DNA of 64,000 nt from Parcubacteria group bacterium GW2011_GWA1_56_13 (GCA_001004905.1 LCRY01000002.1:199251-263250), one strand, 5' to 3'. Shown: positions 8,356 to 17,271, counted from the stretch's first letter. Program-made: numbers and translations. The notes: generated by a model not told the origin, from the sequence alone.

Positions 8356-9411
8356 ATGAACACAAAGGTGCTACGACCCTATTTTCTTGTCGCGCTTATC
8401 ACGATTTCGTTCATATTGACCTTTTTTATTTTCCGCCCGTTCCTCATTATCCTGGTCCTGGCGGGCGTATTCGCCGTGGTGCTTCAGCCCTTGTACCAGG
8501 GAGTCCTTCGCGGCATGAGCGGTTCGCCGGGGTTGGCCGCGTTCGCGACGATGCTATTGTCGGTGTTATGCATTCTGATCCCGGTCATGTTCATTGCGAC
8601 ACAGATAGCAGGCGACGCACATGATTTGTACACTTCGCTTTCAGACGGTAGCGGGGAAACCTATCTTGGCTCGATCCTCCAATACACAAACGATGTCGCA
8701 GAAAAATACGTGCCGAGTTTTGCGCTTTCCAGAACGGAATTTTCGGCGGCTGCCGTTGACGAGTACGTAAAAGGCGGCCTGACATGGCTGGTGCAGAATG
8801 TGGGCGGAGCCTTCGGCGGAGTTGCCCGATTCCTCGTCAGTCTTTTTATCTTCCTGATCGCGCTCTACTATTTTCTTCGTGACGGCGCCAAGATCAAACA
8901 GATAATCGTGAAAGCAAGCCCTCTTGCCGATAGCAACGATGAGATCGTGTTCGCGCGGCTCGAGCTCGCCATAAATTCGGTCATTCGAGGAAGCCTTTTA
9001 ATAGCGTCCATACAGGGCATCTTGACCGGCATAGGATTCACCCTTTTTGGCGTGCCAAACAGTGTTTTGTGGGGAGTGGTGGCCGCGCTTGCCGCGCTCA
9101 TTCCCGGCGTCGGAACCTCGCTTGTTCTCGTACCCGCGATTGCATATCTGTTCATTACCGGCGCGACGATGCCGGCGGTCGGGCTTCTGGTTTGGAGCAT
9201 AGCGGCCGTCGGTCTGATCGACAATCTGCTCGGACCTAAGTTGATGGGGAAGGGAATGCATCTCCATCCCCTTATCGTGCTTCTTTCGGTATTCGGCGGC
9301 CTTGCATTTTTCGGTACGGCCGGCCTCTTTCTCGGGCCGCTCAGCGTCAGCCTCTTATTCACGCTCCTATCCCTCTATCGCCACATGGCACCGGAATTGA
9401 CGACGCTTTAA
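8356..9411 (+). CDS. AI-2E family transporter (PerM/YhhT, UPF0118)
   Basis: Eight TM helices; ...LIPGVG...GLLGP motifs of the AI-2E family. Confidence 0.8.
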   Translation: MNTKVLRPYFLVALITISFILTFFIFRPFLIILVLAGVFAVVLQPLYQGVLRGMSGSPGLAAFATMLLSVLCILIPVMFIATQIAGDAHDLYTSLSDGSGETYLGSILQYTNDVAEKYVPSFALSRTEFSAAAVDEYVKGGLTWLVQNVGGAFGGVARFLVSLFIFLIALYYFLRDGAKIKQIIVKASPLADSNDEIVFARLELAINSVIRGSLLIASIQGILTGIGFTLFGVPNSVLWGVVAALAALIPGVGTSLVLVPAIAYLFITGATMPAVGLLVWSIAAVGLIDNLLGPKLMGKGMHLHPLIVLLSVFGGLAFFGTAGLFLGPLSVSLLFTLLSLYRHMAPELTTL

Positions 9412-9461
9412 TCCGGCGTCGTACCGCGCGGTATATACGTCGCCCCGGATGGGGTCCGTGG

Positions 9462-9920
9462 TCAGGGATTTTTAACCACCAAGGTGGCCATGACACTAGC
9501 GTCTTCACCGGCAACGACGACCTGATAGGTTCCCGGCACAAGCGCGACCGAATCCGAATAGGACCAGCGACCCTTCACTACGGGCACATCCGCCGCGCCG
9601 ACGATGCCGATACCATCGCTGTTGTTGATGACTATCGCGATTTTTGAGACATTGGCCGTTCCCGTGATAGTGGGGTACGCCGAGGTTGAAATGAGGGACT
9701 GAGCGTCAAACCGTACCGACAATACGCTCTTCTTAGTCGTACTTCCGAAGAGAAACGTCGGCTGTGCGCCGGTCGCCGTGACCTGCGACGTTGTTGCGGC
9801 CGGATTTTGCTGCGTGGTGCCTGCCGTCGTCGGCGCGGATGCGGGGCGGAGGAAAAAGAAACTGGCGGCGATGATAATAAGAAGAGCGGTAATCATTCCG
9901 AGCGCGACTTTGGTGTTCAT
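9462..9920 (-). CDS. secreted or membrane-anchored hypothetical protein
   Basis: Signal anchor MNTKVALGMITALLIIIAASFFF; Thr-rich linker; beta-rich C-terminus. Confidence 0.5.
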   Translation of the reverse strand: MNTKVALGMITALLIIIAASFFFLRPASAPTTAGTTQQNPAATTSQVTATGAQPTFLFGSTTKKSVLSVRFDAQSLISTSAYPTITGTANVSKIAIVINNSDGIGIVGAADVPVVKGRWSYSDSVALVPGTYQVVVAGEDASVMATLVVKNP

Positions 9921-10022
9921 AGCCCAAAGTATACGACACCACGGGCCAGTCGCAATATAAAACAATATAAAAACAGAAACCGCTCGAACAGACGCAGTGT
10001 CTGTTCAAGCGGCAGGGTTTCT

Positions 10023-10196
10023 TTAGCGCGCGTTCCACCTGCGGAGCCGCGGAACTAGAACGAACGCCTGGAGGAAGCAAACGGCGAAGAATACGACGCC
10101 TGTCGCGATGGAGCCGGTTAGATTCCCATCGGCGAGCGCGTATAGAAAGAATGCGCCAAATACAAGGATGAGAATGATCGAGACGGTCTTGGCCAT
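10023..10196 (-). CDS. small two-helix membrane protein (57 aa, below the ORF-track cutoff)
   Basis: MAKTVSIILILVFGAFFLYALADGNLTGSIATGVVFFAVCFLQAFVLVPRLRRWNAR*; RBS AAGGAAAT; near-consensus promoter upstream; hairpin terminator downstream. Confidence 0.55.
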   Translation of the reverse strand: MAKTVSIILILVFGAFFLYALADGNLTGSIATGVVFFAVCFLQAFVLVPRLRRWNAR

Positions 10197-10234
10197 GGTA
10201 TTTCCTTACGAGTAGAGGAATATGTTCCGCGCAC

Positions 10235-10263
10235 ATTATGTATTTCAATGCCTGATATGTCAA
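10235..10263 (-). promoter_or_regulatory. near-consensus sigma70 promoter (TTGACA, 17 nt, CATAAT) for the 57-aa membrane protein gene
   Basis: Reverse complement reads TTGACATATCAGGCATTGAAATACATAAT. Confidence 0.55.
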
Positions 10264-10284
10264 GTCCTGCTCCGGGAGCAGGAC
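10264..10284. repeat. perfect 21-bp palindrome GTCCTGCTCCGGGAGCAGGAC; shares 17 nt with the tRNA-3'-end-like fragment at 10452-10475
   Basis: Read directly. Confidence 0.8.
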
Positions 10285-10407
10285 CATCGGAATTTCTCTT
10301 CCGCAACTCAAACACTCGCCGCCGCGAGTGTTTGGTCGTGTCCGCGACTCGCGACCTGCACTGCTGTGCAGGTGCCCGCTCCGTCTCTTCGAGTTCTGCA
10401 CCCCGGT

Positions 10408-10452
10408 AGAAAAAGAAAAGAACTGGAGACATGCTCCAGCCCTTTCTTTTTT
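10408..10452. terminator. bidirectional rho-independent terminator (stem CTGGAG/CTCCAG, loop ACATG, with U tracts on both strands)
   Basis: Plus strand: hairpin then CCCTTTCTTTTTT. Minus strand: hairpin then TTCTTTTCTTTTTCT. Confidence 0.65.
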
Positions 10453-10478
10453 GCTCCGGGAGCAGGACTCGAACCTGC
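10452..10478 (-). other. tRNA 3'-end-like fragment (T-arm GCAGG-TTCGAGT-CCTGC plus acceptor 3' strand TCCCGGA-G); resembles the 3' end of the adjacent tRNA-Asn; no complementary 5' acceptor strand found
   Basis: Minus strand reads GCAGGTTCGAGTCCTGCTCCCGGAGCA, against tRNA-Asn ACAGGTTCGAGTCCTGTCTCCGGAGCCA. Confidence 0.5.
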
Positions 10479-10562
10479 AACCAACGCCTTAACCCCAGTA
10501 GTACAGCAAAGCTGACTACGGGGCAGGCACGGCGCTGCGGCATATACCTATGCACCAACTCT

Positions 10563-10637
10563 TGGCTCCGGAGACAGGACTCGAACCTGTAACCACCTCG
10601 TTAACAGCGAGATGCTCTACCATTGAGCTACTCCGGA
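10563..10637 (-). tRNA. tRNA-Asn (GTT), CCA encoded
   Basis: Cloverleaf folded by hand: acceptor TCCGGAG/CTCCGGA, D-stem GCTC/GAGC, anticodon loop CTGTTAA, T-arm ACAGG-TTCGAGT-CCTGT, discriminator G then CCA. Confidence 0.85.
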
Positions 10638-10767
10638 GCCAAAGTTTGGTGCCAGGCCATTGACCCTGATGAGATAGCCATAGGCGGCATCTCACGGAGC
10701 AAGGCTATCCCGGAATGTCTTTGCATGTTAACCGAAAAATCATATATCGCAATGATAGAATTGCGGC

Positions 10768-11244
10768 ATGGGCACCCTGTCGCTCACCAGTCCCGCGTTC
10801 GAGCATAACGGGACGATACCCGCAAAGTACACCTGCGATGGGAATAGCGAGCTTTCGCCGCCTCTTTCCATCAGCGGCGTGCCGGAGGGCGCACAATCGC
10901 TCGTGCTCATCATGGACGATCCGGACGTGCCGAGGGAGCTGAAAGCGGACGGCGTCTTCGACCACTGGACGCTGTTCAATATTCCGCCCGATACGCATGA
11001 GATCCCCGAAGGCGCCATAGCGGGGGAGGCGGGAGCGAATTCAAGCGGCGCGGCGGGATATACCGGCCCGTGCCCGCCGCCCGAGTATGAACCAAGCGAG
11101 CACCGCTATGTCTTTGCGCTGTACGCGCTTTCCGGACCGCTTCTCCGGTTCGCCGAAATACCGACGAAGCGACAGGTGCTCTCCGCGCTTGAACCGCTCG
11201 TACTCGAAAAGGCGGAACTCATCGGCCGTTATTCCAGAACATAA
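10768..11244 (+). CDS. YbhB/YbcL family protein (PEBP, Raf-kinase-inhibitor-like)
   Basis: HRYVFALYAL PEBP signature. Confidence 0.8.
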   Translation: MGTLSLTSPAFEHNGTIPAKYTCDGNSELSPPLSISGVPEGAQSLVLIMDDPDVPRELKADGVFDHWTLFNIPPDTHEIPEGAIAGEAGANSSGAAGYTGPCPPPEYEPSEHRYVFALYALSGPLLRFAEIPTKRQVLSALEPLVLEKAELIGRYSRT

Positions 11245-11462
11245 TGTACATTAAAGTATTCGTCACGCCGGACGCTAAACGCGAAAAAGTCGAGGAGAAG
11301 GGAGAAGCGCTGACAATTTCCGTCAGAGAACCGGCGTCGGGGAACCGGGCGAACAATCGGGTGCGCGAGATCATCGCGCTGCGGCTGCGAAGCCCGCTCG
11401 GGAAAGTCCGCATACTGACAGGACACCACTCGCGGGCTAAAATGATAAGCGTTGGCACTTAA
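11244..11462 (+). CDS. DUF167 (YggU/UPF0235) family protein
   Basis: 72 aa with the ...KVEE.GE.L.I.V...P..G.AN..L pattern. Confidence 0.65.
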   Translation: MYIKVFVTPDAKREKVEEKGEALTISVREPASGNRANNRVREIIALRLRSPLGKVRILTGHHSRAKMISVGT

Positions 11463-11471
11463 CATCTTCCT

Positions 11472-11834
11472 ATGAATATTGTTACAAAAGCGACGAAGTA
11501 TAAGCTCACTCCCGATACCGAAGCCCTCGTGGAAGAAAAACTCGTGGCGCCGTTGCGCCTGCTGGGCAGAAAAGGCGATAAAGCCCTGCTCGAAATAGAA
11601 GTAGAACAGGCGCCGGCGGAAGGCCGTTCCTCGGAGCCGTTCCGCCTGGTTGCGCGTCTTATCGTGGACGACAAGGTCTTCCACGCCGAGGCGGTGAAGC
11701 CGACGCCTGAAAGCGCGGCCGACAAGGTCAGGAGCGAACTGGAGGCAGAGATACGCAAAGACCGCGGCCGCACGCGGACATTCATCAGGCGCGGCGGCGC
11801 GGCGCTCAAGGAAATGTTGCGCTTCGGACGTTAG
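11472..11834 (+). CDS. hpf: ribosome hibernation promoting factor / RaiA (short form)
   Basis: Ribosome-associated inhibitor A fold; size 120 aa. Confidence 0.75.
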   Translation: MNIVTKATKYKLTPDTEALVEEKLVAPLRLLGRKGDKALLEIEVEQAPAEGRSSEPFRLVARLIVDDKVFHAEAVKPTPESAADKVRSELEAEIRKDRGRTRTFIRRGGAALKEMLRFGR

Positions 11835-11862
11835 TGTCTCGGCTTTTTGGCGTAGCAGTATC

Positions 11863-12414
11863 TTAACCTCTCTTGTTTTCCAGCCACGCGAGCATCGTAC
11901 CCGCGTCCGATACTTCAAGCGGGTCGTCGGGACAGTCATCGGAAAGTCCCGGTTCGATGAACAGCTTTTGTATGGTGCCGTCCTCGACCAGCATCGAATA
12001 GCGCCAGCTTCTGTCGCCGAAGCCGAGATTTTCTTTCTTGACCAGCATCCCCATGCCGCGTGTGAACGCGGCGTTGCCGTCCGGAAGCATTTTCACGTTC
12101 TGTACGCCGAGCTTGTCCGCCCACTGCTTCATCACGAACGCGTCATTGACCGAGAGACAGTACACTTCGTCAACACCTAACTCTTTGAACGTATCGTAAT
12201 TCGCTTCGTAACCCGGCAAGTGCGTTGACGTGCAGACGGGTGTGAAAGCGCCGGGAAGCCCCAGCACGACGACTTTTTTGCCGCTGAAAATTTCCTTGGA
12301 GGAGACGTCCTGCCAGCGGTAAGGATTATCGCCGCCTACGGATTCATCGCGGACCCGCATCTTGAACGCGACATCCGGCACCGAAGACCCTTCTGTGAGG
12401 GGTTGTTGAGCCAT
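11863..12414 (-). CDS. peroxiredoxin, Prx5-like (AhpC/TSA family)
   Basis: PGAFTPVCT with a peroxidatic Cys; KVVVLGLPGAFTP. Confidence 0.85.
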   Translation of the reverse strand: MAQQPLTEGSSVPDVAFKMRVRDESVGGDNPYRWQDVSSKEIFSGKKVVVLGLPGAFTPVCTSTHLPGYEANYDTFKELGVDEVYCLSVNDAFVMKQWADKLGVQNVKMLPDGNAAFTRGMGMLVKKENLGFGDRSWRYSMLVEDGTIQKLFIEPGLSDDCPDDPLEVSDAGTMLAWLENKRG

Positions 12415-12441
12415 GGCGTAGTGAGTATAGCAAAAGGCATC

Positions 12442-13809
12442 CTACGGACGGCTCGCGGCGCGTGGACCGGCGTACTCCATTTCCCGTTTTCCTTCGGGAA
12501 TAACCCGCTCGATGATGAATTCGTCGCCTCGGAAGGATGCCTTCACTACCTTCATGCGTTTTCCATGTTCGAAAAAATACGTGCCTATGGTGTCGGCATA
12601 CGCACGGTATTTATTCCAATTCTCCTTCGCGGGAGCATCAAGCGAGAGGAGCCCGTCTTCCTTCCGTATCTTATACGCGCGAATGGCACGCGAAGCGTCT
12701 TGCGGAATTGGAACGATCTTGTCTTCCAGGTACGCGGGAATCGTGTGGACAAGCAGATCCGCGCCGATAGAAATAAGCCGTGGGCGCAGTTCTCGGGCGG
12801 TTTCGCCGTTCTCTACAGCGGTCTTCTCTTGCGCCAGAATATCGCCGGCGTCGAGTTCTTTCGTCATTTTCTGGATCGTGACCCCGGTACCCGCGTCGCC
12901 GGAGAGAAGCGCGGTCTCAAGCGGCGTGGCGCCGCGGTATTTCGGCAGAAGGGAATAATGGACGTTCAACACGCCTTTGGGGAATGCGTTGATGAGTGTT
13001 TCGGGGAAAATCTTTCCGTATGCGACGCAGACGGCATACTCGCATCCGAGCCCGGCGATCGCCGCGACGGTTTCGGCGTCCAGTTTTTCCGGCGTTATGA
13101 CCGGGATGCCGTATGCAAGGGCAAGTTTTTTCGTTTCCGAAGGAGTGAGCGTAAGTCCGCGGCCTCTTGGCGCGTCGGGAGAGGTGATGATAAGCGACGG
13201 TATGAAGCCGCGTTCAATGAGGATCGCAAGCGTGTCCCCCGCGACTTTCGGCGTGCCGAAAAATACGAACGGATGAAGCGACCCTTCCGGAATGCGGATG
13301 AGGCGTTCGGCATGGTCGGTGAAGAGGATCCCGTTCAGGTGGTCTATCTCGTGCTCGAATATCTGCGCTAATAGGCCGCCCGCGCCTCGTTTCAGGGTCG
13401 AGCCGTCGGGATTCTGCGCCTGTATGGTGACGCGCTCGTGCCGTTTAGTCGTTCCGTAGACTCCGTGGACCGAGAGACACCCTTCATCGGCTTCCGCGCG
13501 CTTGCGGGACGTCTTTACTATTTTCGGGTTGATATACACCTCGATGGTAGGTGGCGGGGGAGGCGACGGCGTGGCGCCTTTTTTGGTCGGAGCCGGAGGA
13601 GGCAGTGTGCGGTCCTTGCGCACGATAAAGAGGCGGTACGAAACGCCCACCTGCGGTGCGGCAAGCGCAACGCCTTCAGGAAACCGGTCGAGTGCCTCGG
13701 CCATGTCGCGTATGAGACGCTCAAGCTCGGGGGAGCCGAAGAGCTCCTCCGGCACCGGGCGCGCGATCTCGCGCAGTACCGGCGCCCCATCTTGCGTGAT
13801 TTCTTTCAT
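12442..13809 (-). CDS. bifunctional peptide deformylase / methionyl-tRNA formyltransferase fusion (Def-Fmt)
   Basis: N-terminal about 190 aa carry the Def motifs (GVALAAPQVG, EGCLS, HEIDHLNG). The C-terminal part carries Fmt motifs (FFGTP, HYSLLPKYRG). One uninterrupted ORF of 455 aa. Confidence 0.8.
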   Translation of the reverse strand: MKEITQDGAPVLREIARPVPEELFGSPELERLIRDMAEALDRFPEGVALAAPQVGVSYRLFIVRKDRTLPPPAPTKKGATPSPPPPPTIEVYINPKIVKTSRKRAEADEGCLSVHGVYGTTKRHERVTIQAQNPDGSTLKRGAGGLLAQIFEHEIDHLNGILFTDHAERLIRIPEGSLHPFVFFGTPKVAGDTLAILIERGFIPSLIITSPDAPRGRGLTLTPSETKKLALAYGIPVITPEKLDAETVAAIAGLGCEYAVCVAYGKIFPETLINAFPKGVLNVHYSLLPKYRGATPLETALLSGDAGTGVTIQKMTKELDAGDILAQEKTAVENGETARELRPRLISIGADLLVHTIPAYLEDKIVPIPQDASRAIRAYKIRKEDGLLSLDAPAKENWNKYRAYADTIGTYFFEHGKRMKVVKASFRGDEFIIERVIPEGKREMEYAGPRAASRP

Positions 13810-13871
13810 GTGCTCCAGTGTATCATCTCCTCTAGCGCCGTGGTATTCTGATGCTCATTAAATCTTTTCAT

Positions 13872-14543
13872 ATGCGGACCGCACTTATTACCGGCGTCAG
13901 CAAAGGAATCGGAAAAGCGGAGGCCCAAAAGCTCCTTGCGGAAGGGTTCCATGTTTTCGGAACATCAACAACCGGAAAAATTGATTACGCCCATAAAAAT
14001 CTGCAAATCATTCCATTGGACCTGAAATCATCGGAGAGCATCGCCGCTTGCGCATCTGCCATCGCTAAGACAAAGACCATGTTCAATGTTGTCATCAATA
14101 ACGCGGGGGTGCTACTGGACGATGAAGATACGGTGCTCATTCCTGAAAAACTGAGAGCAACGCTCGAAGTGAATCTCATCGGGACGGCCGAATTCACCGA
14201 ACGCGTTTTGTCCTCCGTAAAAAAGGAGGGAATTATCGTTATGACATCTTCGACGGCCGGCTCCTTACAGCTTGCCGAAACGGCCGATCATTACCCGCTC
14301 CACTATCCCGCGTACAAGATCTCAAAGGCCGCTTTAAACATGTACATGCGGACCTTGGCCCGCAGATTGCGCGACACCGGCCCCATCGTTCTTTCCGTGC
14401 ATCCAGGATGGGTAAAGACCGACATGGGTGGGGAAGAGGCCGACACCACGCCAGAAGAGGCCGCGGAGGATATCTACCACACCATCGTTTCCCGACCCAA
14501 AAACGGCGTTTTCCTATTCCGTGGTCGGCACATTCCTTGGTAA
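13872..14543 (+). CDS. SDR-family oxidoreductase
   Basis: TGxxxGIG Rossmann motif and the YKISK catalytic dyad. Confidence 0.8.
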   Translation: MRTALITGVSKGIGKAEAQKLLAEGFHVFGTSTTGKIDYAHKNLQIIPLDLKSSESIAACASAIAKTKTMFNVVINNAGVLLDDEDTVLIPEKLRATLEVNLIGTAEFTERVLSSVKKEGIIVMTSSTAGSLQLAETADHYPLHYPAYKISKAALNMYMRTLARRLRDTGPIVLSVHPGWVKTDMGGEEADTTPEEAAEDIYHTIVSRPKNGVFLFRGRHIPW

Positions 14544-14837
14544 TTATCGCGTCTCGTGCTTCGTCGGATCAAGTTCCCACCAGAATTTTTTACTGAAACT
14601 CTTCGCCTGGCTGCAAACGCTTTTCAAGTAATACAGGTCCTGTGTCGGTATTTTTTCGAGCACGGTACCGAGATGGGCCATGGTCATGGGAGCGAGCCCG
14701 TCCTGCTTGCGTGCATAGTTCAGATGGCGCAGGAAGAAGCGCATCAGTTCGCCACGCTCGGTCTGGCGTTTTCTTCCTTTGGGCGCTTCCGCCGCTTTCT
14801 TTTCGAAATCCGGAAGGATATCACTGATGGCTCTCAT
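14544..14837 (-). CDS. hypothetical protein (98 aa); start ATG overlaps the murA stop (ATGA)
   Basis: ORF with translational-coupling geometry downstream of murA. Confidence 0.45.
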   Translation of the reverse strand: MRAISDILPDFEKKAAEAPKGRKRQTERGELMRFFLRHLNYARKQDGLAPMTMAHLGTVLEKIPTQDLYYLKSVCSQAKSFSKKFWWELDPTKHETR

Positions 14838-16147
14838 GACGCTTCGATAGAGGCGCCGAGCTTTCGCAGGCGCGGGACGAGATTTTCGTAGCCGCGGTTG
14901 ATGGTGTAGACATTCCGCAGCATGGAACGGCCCTTTGCCGCGAGCATCGCGATGACGAGAATGGCGCCGATGCGCAGTACGGGCGGGCAAATTATCTCGG
15001 CCGCCTTGAGGTGCGACGGCCCCGTTATCGAGATGCGGTGCGGGTCATGCAGCAAGGTGGTCGCGCCGAGCCGGTCGAGTTCCGTGTAGTAAATGGCGCG
15101 CTTGTCATACACCCAGTCGTGGAGCATGGTAGTACCTTTCGCCTGTGTGGCGATAACGGCGAAAAAAGGAAGGTTATCCATGTTCAATCCGGGATAGGGG
15201 CGAGGATGGATCGGTTCGGGGAACGCGACGAGTTCGGAAGGCTTGATAGCGATGTCCGCGAGGCGCGTAATGCCGTTCTCTGAGGTTCCCGTTTCGGCGA
15301 TGGAGAACTGCAGACCCATTTTTTCAAGAACGATGAGCTCTATTTCAAGAAAGGCGATGGGCGCGCGGCGCACCGTGACGGCGGAGTGCGTCGCGGCCGC
15401 GGCGGCGATGAAGAACATGCTGTCGATCGGGTCTTCGGCCACGCTGTAAGAAACGTCTTTGGCGATGTCGGCCAGTCCGGTAATGGTCAGCGTCGTGCTC
15501 CCGACACCGTCTATCTTCACGCCAAGGGCTTTGAGGAATCCGCACAGCTCCTGCACTTGATAATTCGCCGAGGCATATTTGATGACGCTCGTGCCGGGAA
15601 TGCGAGATGCCGCAAGCAGGGCGTTTTCGGTAGCCGTATCGCTTGATTCATACAGGATTATCTCGGCGGGCCGGAGCCCTGAATGCTTGATGGAAAAGCG
15701 GTCCTTCAGCGCCTCGATCTCCACGCCGAATTTCTCCAGCGCGAAAAGATGCGGGCGTACGGTCCGCGTTCCGAGCGTGCAGCCGCCTGACTGCGGGATC
15801 TCGAACGAGCGCGCATGATGCAGCAGCGGGCCGATGAAGAGCAGGATGCTGCGGGTCCGGGTCGCCGCGTCGCGGTCGATTGACCCCAGGGAGAGCTTTC
15901 CGGGCACCTCGATGACGACGCTCGTACCGCGCCACTCGACCGAGACGCCGATGGAACGAAGCACTTCGATGAGGCGGTTCACTTCCTCGATTTTTGGCAC
16001 GTGGTCGAACGTCGTGCGGCCCTTATTGAGAAGGGAAGAAGCGAGGAGCGCGACAACCCCGTTCTTGGACCGGCTTGTCTCGACTGATCCCGAAAGCTCG
16101 CGACCCCCCTCGACGAAAAAGTTAACTCCTTCCTCCATACGGGCCAT
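14834..16147 (-). CDS. murA: UDP-N-acetylglucosamine 1-carboxyvinyltransferase
   Basis: Full-length similarity to MurA (...GGCTLG..., ...RGYENLVPRLRKLGA); start at ATG 16147. Confidence 0.9.
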   Translation of the reverse strand: MARMEEGVNFFVEGGRELSGSVETSRSKNGVVALLASSLLNKGRTTFDHVPKIEEVNRLIEVLRSIGVSVEWRGTSVVIEVPGKLSLGSIDRDAATRTRSILLFIGPLLHHARSFEIPQSGGCTLGTRTVRPHLFALEKFGVEIEALKDRFSIKHSGLRPAEIILYESSDTATENALLAASRIPGTSVIKYASANYQVQELCGFLKALGVKIDGVGSTTLTITGLADIAKDVSYSVAEDPIDSMFFIAAAAATHSAVTVRRAPIAFLEIELIVLEKMGLQFSIAETGTSENGITRLADIAIKPSELVAFPEPIHPRPYPGLNMDNLPFFAVIATQAKGTTMLHDWVYDKRAIYYTELDRLGATTLLHDPHRISITGPSHLKAAEIICPPVLRIGAILVIAMLAAKGRSMLRNVYTINRGYENLVPRLRKLGASIEAS

Positions 16148-16184
16148 CGTACCATCTTTGCGCGGGAGCGCCGAGCGAGATATT

Positions 16185-17219
16185 ATGGGAGCGATGACTT
16201 TCTTTTCTCCGAAACTGGGCATAGACCTCGGAACCACGAATATCCTCGTATTCGTTCCCGGCAAAGGCGTCATCATTAATGAGCCCTCGGTCGTTGCCGT
16301 CGGCAAAGCGCACGGCAAGAAGGGGGGCAACAAGATACTCGCCATCGGCGCGGAGGCGAAACAGATGATAGGCCGCACGCCCGACGACATTATCGCGTAC
16401 CGTCCGATGAAAGACGGCGTCATCGCTGACTACCGCATCACCGAGGCGATGCTCCGCTATTTCATAAAGAAAGCACTCGGCCATAATCCGTTCAAGCCGA
16501 CCGTGCTCATTTCGGTTCCCGCGGGCGTCACTTCGACCGAAAAGCGCGCCGTCATCGAGGCGGCGCTCAAGGCCGGCGCGAAGAATGCGTACGTGGTGAA
16601 AGAGCCGATACTCGCGGCTATCGGCGCGGGCATTCCCATCCACGAACCCATGGGGCGCATGGTCGCGGACATCGGAGGCGGGACCATAGACGTCGCCGTA
16701 ATATCGCTCGGCGGCATCGTCGCCTCGACGAGCGTGAAATGCGCGGGCGATCGGCTCGACCGCGCCATCATTGACCATGTGAAAAAACAGCACAATCTCT
16801 CCATCGGCGAAAAGACCGCGGAGGAATTGAAGATAAAAGTCGGAGCCGCAATACCGATGAACGAAGAACTCTCCATGGCAGTCAAAGGACGCGACCTCAT
16901 GAGCGGCCTGCCGCGCACCGTTGATATCTCCACGAACGACCTTGTGCAGGCCATGGCTCGTGAACTGCGCGAAATGACGCAGGCGGTGCGCAAGGTGCTC
17001 CAGGACACGCCGCCAGAACTTGCCGCCGACATCATCGATAACGGCATCATCCTTACCGGCGGCTCCTCCCAGCTCCGTCAGATGCCAGAGCTTGTGTATC
17101 GCCGCACGGGCGTCGTCGCAAAGCTCGGACAGGACCCTTATTTCTGCGTCGCGCGCGGCACCGGCGTCGCGCTCAAGCATTTGGATACGTACCAGAAAAG
17201 CATCTTGGCGAAGCAGTGA
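16185..17219 (+). CDS. mreB: rod shape-determining protein MreB (paralog 1)
   Basis: Actin-fold motifs GIDLGTTN, DIGGGTTD, ILTGGSS. Confidence 0.9.
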   Translation: MGAMTFFSPKLGIDLGTTNILVFVPGKGVIINEPSVVAVGKAHGKKGGNKILAIGAEAKQMIGRTPDDIIAYRPMKDGVIADYRITEAMLRYFIKKALGHNPFKPTVLISVPAGVTSTEKRAVIEAALKAGAKNAYVVKEPILAAIGAGIPIHEPMGRMVADIGGGTIDVAVISLGGIVASTSVKCAGDRLDRAIIDHVKKQHNLSIGEKTAEELKIKVGAAIPMNEELSMAVKGRDLMSGLPRTVDISTNDLVQAMARELREMTQAVRKVLQDTPPELAADIIDNGIILTGGSSQLRQMPELVYRRTGVVAKLGQDPYFCVARGTGVALKHLDTYQKSILAKQ

Positions 17220-17271
17220 TTCTTTGTATTAAAAGACAAAAAAGTTGCGGATTTCTCTGTATACTCAATGC

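Noticed and set aside
10452-10545. Second complete tRNA (type II) or tmRNA 3' end next to tRNA-Asn
   Set aside because: No 5' acceptor strand complementary to TCCCGGA or TCCCGGAG was found, and no D-arm or anticodon arm could be folded. A tmRNA cannot fit, because tRNA-Asn sits 88 nt upstream. Kept as a tRNA-like fragment
10118-10558. 146-aa minus-strand ORF spanning the tRNA-like and terminator region
   Set aside because: It runs through hairpins, a bidirectional terminator and the tRNA-3'-end-like fragment. A better-supported 57-aa gene lies in another frame at 10023-10196
12403-13371. 322-aa plus-strand ORF
   Set aside because: Antisense to the def-fmt fusion gene; Arg-rich, no domain
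16122-17180. 352-aa ORF on the minus strand
   Set aside because: Lies entirely antisense to mreB paralog 1. It is Arg/Ala/Gly-rich with a high-GC antisense signature and has no motifs
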